From the NCBI GenBank assembly GCA_008690995.1, contig VRMN01000003.1, positions 62,001 to 126,000 on the forward strand: a stretch of 64,000 nucleotides of DNA, given 5' to 3'. This DNA comes from Porphyridium purpureum. Taxonomy: Eukaryota. Below, in pieces: positions 59,983 through 64,000 of this stretch. Each line of letters opens with the position of its first letter. Within the stretch, counting starts at the first letter, position 1. A program made the position numbers and the translations under genes. Under the pieces are notes generated by a model. The model made no database searches. It was not told the DNA's origin and saw only the letters and a program-made list of their open reading frames with translations.

Positions 59983-60369
59983 GGCTGTTGTTTGCAGCCC
60001 CGGACAGAATGAGAGCCCGAAGAACCCCCAAGGCTCACCACACGCGCTTAGCGGCGCGAGGGATGGTTGCGTGGGGCTAGCGATGGTATTGCCGGTGCGT
60101 CCGCACCAGGCGATTATACCAACTTATTATCTTGGGCTTGTGGCACCAAACTTATTTTAGTCTTCTTCTGTCCGTGCCGTATTCGTCTTTCCTTGTGGTC
60201 CTATCACCTTTCGCTCACATTGCGAAGCGTCGATTTACGCTATTCGGCAGTACACGTCGCGTCACTTGTGACGATGCCCGACACAATTCAGCGCCAGCGT
60301 GGCTCTGTGCGTGCAAAACAAGAAAAACAACGGTGACAAGGAGGGACCAAAATCGCTTTGCTCTATTCC

Positions 60370-61236
60370 TTATTCTGCGCGAATGTCTTGTTGGCGAGCG
60401 ACGCCGCTAGAACTTGCTGCCGCGCGTGTATCATGCGCGACGTTCTTATCTGTCAGCTGGAAGTAGTCGGTTTCGGTGTGAAATGAAAGGCCGCAAGCTT
60501 TTGCGAACGAAGCGTCTGCGTCTGAATGATCACGCGGGCGGCCAGCCGCATCACCGACAAAGCTCGATGAGCGCACGTCCGCCTTGAATGAGATACTGAC
60601 GAGACCGAGTTCCGCGGTCCTCCTAGCCATGAGCGATTCGAGGTAGGTCCACATACCAGTACCCTCTCCCTTGCGGAAGCTGTCTTTCTGAGTGGCGGCA
60701 AGTAGCACGAGAGCACCTAAGCCTAATTCGCTGACGACATCCGCAACCATAGCTTTGAACACACTTGCCCGTTTCCCGTCATGCGCGCCGCGAATCTGCA
60801 TCTGGTTAGTGAATACGACCACCAGAGATCCGCTGCGTTCCTGTTCAACCAACTTGCTCTTCACATTGTCTGCGATGAAGACCCAGTCGCTCGGATTCTG
60901 CCTCTCGTAGGACTTGCCCCCATTTCTTCGTCGAATCAACGTATCATCGAGATCAAAACCAGCCACCGACACGCGAACTGTGCGCGGACTCTTTTCGTCC
61001 GCGGCCGCCTCACAACTTCTTTTCAGGAATGCGTCCAAACCTTTCTCGAACACCAACAGCGCTGCCTTGCCATCTTTACTCCCTGTCACGGACTGCCACA
61101 AATTGGACAGACCGCGCTCGGGCGCGCGCGTCTTTAGAGCAGGCGGTGTTCTCGGTTTTGATTCAGAATCAGGCTGTGCCGCACGCGGACCGAAAGAGAG
61201 CTGAGCTTGCGTCAACTTGCGTTTCTGGGGATGCAT
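60370..61236 (-). CDS. DNA 3'-phosphatase (PNKP-type HAD domain, no kinase domain; Tpp1/ZDP-like)
   Basis: GFDLDDTLI, VFTNQ, FRKG..GMW, SFVGDAAGR..DHS..D..FA...GL.F.T; alternative upstream ATG at 61377. Confidence 0.9.
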   Translation of the reverse strand: MHPQKRKLTQAQLSFGPRAAQPDSESKPRTPPALKTRAPERGLSNLWQSVTGSKDGKAALLVFEKGLDAFLKRSCEAAADEKSPRTVRVSVAGFDLDDTLIRRRNGGKSYERQNPSDWVFIADNVKSKLVEQERSGSLVVVFTNQMQIRGAHDGKRASVFKAMVADVVSELGLGALVLLAATQKDSFRKGEGTGMWTYLESLMARRTAELGLVSISFKADVRSSSFVGDAAGRPRDHSDADASFAKACGLSFHTETDYFQLTDKNVAHDTRAAASSSGVARQQDIRAE

Positions 61237-61401
61237 CCTTGCGCCTCCCAGTCTCGCGTTGCGCAGCCGCTCCTGCCGGCTAATCGTGGTTGCGCAGACG
61301 CTTACCGTAGTTTGGGACGGTGTCTTGTGGAACGGAACGCCCAAACCACAGAAAGATAAACACACACCCTTGCACATCTTCCCGCTCACCAAGCTGCATC
61401 G

Positions 61402-62691
61402 ATGTCTTCAGATGGTGACAATCCGTTGATCGATGCGAGCGGAGGACTGGGGAAATTGATTACGAGCATGGATGACATTCCCAGGGACCTGGAGGAGGAA
61501 CATCCCGAAGATGTGCAACCCCTTGTGCATCGTGTGGATGCGGCTGTCGGCGCAGCGAATATCCTCGTACTTCTCAATGGGCGTGGCGAAGAGAGTCTGC
61601 AGCACCCGAGTGTGCTCGGAAAGAGACCGCGCGACGTGCTTCACGATCAGACGCGAGGCGACGCTCCGTCGGACGCACCAGACGCCGAAGCAGTGAACGA
61701 GTCGGATGTGGTATGCATAAATCGCTTATTCTGTTCATTTGAAGCGCGGCGCGACCGCGCCCAGGACAAGATGCTGGCCTTGCACGGAATTTTGTGTTGA
61801 CCGATTTCCTCAATCGTTTCTCCAACGTTTGAACGCCCGCAGGAGGTATTGATACTGAAAAGGGAACTCGTAGCACTGCGATGGCAGCTTTTCCGGGCGC
61901 AGTCAGGTATTGCACTGCAGACGCCGCCGCAGGAACCGGGAAGCTTCGAAAGCCAACGTTCGGGATCTGTTTCGCTGAGCGCCGCCGCACAGGCATGTCT
62001 GTGGAGTATCGGGCCGCGGTTGACACTTCCAGTACACGTTGACCATGAGCAGGCTCTCAGCTCTTCGATAGAGGCGGAGCGTGTAGTCCATAGTATCGTC
62101 AACTCGCAGGGAGACCCCTGGACATCTGTGCGCGAATCCGAAAGGGCTTGCATCTTGGAACTGTGCGTAGTCTTCAAATCACTCGCAGCGAGGGCTCAGC
62201 CACGCGCAAGAAACAGCCCCTGCAAAGTCCGTGGCATCGGCAATGGCGGAGCATTAGATCTAGTCCAGCACTTCATCCAATACGTGTACAAGAACCCAAA
62301 TCTAAGCCATTCGCGCGTGGAGCTCCTGGCCGATGGACTCAAGCGCGCTGCGCTGGATGACTCTGATTTAGACCTTGTCGCAGACCATATCCGTGCCTGC
62401 CTTGATGAGCAGCTTGAGCGGATTGTCTCGGCACGCGCTGGCGAGGCGCCGCCGGAATGGGTATGCTTTGCACTGATTTCGTTGTACGAACCTTTTCTGA
62501 GGCTACCGCACGGCACCCTGGCACTTTGGAGCCTCGTGGATCGTGCCAAGAAACTAGCGCTCCGAGCTAATTTGCTTTCATTCCGCTTGTTCGAACTCTG
62601 TGCCACCAGGAGCAGGCGGGAACATGTCAGCGCGGACGATCGACGGCTTCCTGAGACGGGAGGCGGCTGCTCTTTGAACGGTTCCAAATGA
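61402..62691 (+). CDS. Spliced hypothetical protein (exons 61402-61710 and 61843 onward; 3' end uncertain, may extend into 62720-63232)
   Basis: A phase-0 intron at 61711-61842 (GTATGC...TTGAC...CAG) removes the stop at 61798-61800 and joins two same-frame ORFs. Confidence 0.55.
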
Positions 62692-63728
62692 AGGATGGTA
62701 ATGAACCGGCCTTTTTTAGATGCCGAATGTCTGGCTATCAATGCATCGCTTTACGAACATGGCCGACCGTGAAAACAATGACTGTATAGAACATGCGAAA
62801 TCACTGATGGCGCTTCGTATCGCAAGCAGGTACTATGCGTTGGGCCAATTGATCAGCAAATATTACCGGCCGAATTGTCAATCATGCTATCCCTTCTCAC
62901 GGAAAGCACCACGCTTCGTTTTCGACATGCTCGCACGAGCAGGCGTCGAGGAAACCAACTCAAACGGTCAAAGTAAGCTTCGCTTTTGTGTGTACTTCGA
63001 ATGCTTTGGGGCAGGGCTTGCAGCGCGAGCATCACGTCACACATCGCGAGCTTGTGGCGGCAGCTACCGCGACGATAGAGACTGTGCGCGGCGGTTCAGG
63101 CATGTCCCTTTTCCGAGGCACTTGGATTTCCCATGTGACGATGTACGTGCCGCACATGCGTGCAGTGAGTATGTGACTATGGTACAGGTCTTCGAAATCG
63201 GTTGGCCACCAGCGCGTATGGGCTTGATGTAGCGGTTTGGCTGCCTCCCGCGATATCGTGCCATGATGGTGCGCACTGACAGGCGAGCGAAAACTTGGTG
63301 ACGCGCGCAGATTCATGGCTAGGCCGGTTCCATCCGCTGCTGCTAGCTGGCCAGATGCACACTATTGCGGCCGTGCTAAAGCTGGATGACTCGCATGATG
63401 TTGAAGAGCACCACCTGTACGAAGCTACGTCGATGTCTTGGCATGCTATTACGCATCATTAAAAACCTGTTGATCTCGCGTGAGTGAATGAATAGAGGCG
63501 GCCATGGTCGAACACACGATATGGATGCACAGCTGTTTTCCGACCAGAATCAACCCGAATCGTAAATCCTCCGCTCGGCCAACATAGTTCCCAAGGACAC
63601 ACATGAGACTTTACTGCATTTTTGGTTTTGCCAAGCCAATCGAACTACTGCATCTGACACTATATGGTTTCAAAAGAAAAGAGGAGGAGCAAGAGGAGGA
63701 CTACAGTGGAGCCGTTCCGTTTCGCAGC

Positions 63729-64000
63729 TTACATTACAAGCTGCATCTGGCCGCGAATCAAACCTGCGGGAGCGCACGACGTGTGAATATTGACGTAATA
63801 GTTGGACGGGTTCTCCACCAGGTCCATCAAACTTGCGTCCTCACTGCTTGGGGGAGCTTCCGCGATCCCCATGCTCCACGGACCCATGTTCATCGTCGGG
63901 CACGGAACGCCGGGGCCACCGCAGAGGAACCACCTGGCCGGTCCCGTCGTGGATCCCTCTGACTGAATATGAATGTGCGCCACGGTGATCGGGTTCTCCT
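63729..64000 (-). CDS. CHRD-domain protein (3' part; runs off the window)
   Basis: ITVAHIH.....TGP and NPSNYYVNIHT...PAGLIRGQM are typical CHRD motifs. Confidence 0.85.
   Translation of the reverse strand, partial: ENPITVAHIHIQSEGSTTGPARWFLCGGPGVPCPTMNMGPWSMGIAEAPPSSEDASLMDLVENPSNYYVNIHTSCAPAGLIRGQMQLVM

Noticed and set aside
1..64000. CRISPR arrays, prokaryotic operons or defence systems
   Set aside because: No repeat-spacer structure seen, and the gene content is eukaryotic nuclear.

Overview
Gene-dense, intron-poor eukaryotic nuclear DNA. The plastid-related genes (CCB4, YacP-like NYN, DUF3598-like), the N-termini resembling plastid transit peptides (early Phe) and the compact divergent gene pairs suggest a unicellular red alga, Porphyridium-like (inference). 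The window holds about 30 host genes: MetRS, RPS29 (56 aa, missed by the ORF track), RPL27a, NDUFV2, V-ATPase c'', AlaX, ISCA2, IGHMBP2, ThiD, AFG1, OSCA/CSC1, UBXN4-like, PUS1, EXD3/Mut-7, a DNA 3'-phosphatase, a CHRD protein and others. The standout is an intact, very young 5.76-kb LTR retrotransposon (3093-8853) that looks mosaic. Its Gag and protease are Ty3/gypsy-like. Gag and pol are joined by a -1 frameshift signal (G_GAA_AAC plus an H-type pseudoknot). Its integrase, RT and RNase H are Ty1/copia-type in both motifs and order. It is integrated with dinucleotides (CG / AG) outside the TG...CA inverted repeats and inside a 5-bp TSD, as if the cDNA ends were not 3'-processed. Two unusual host fusions also stand out: PUS1 joined to a degenerate galactokinase-like domain, and EXD3 with an inserted YbaK-like domain. 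All calls come from reading motifs by eye; no searches were run.
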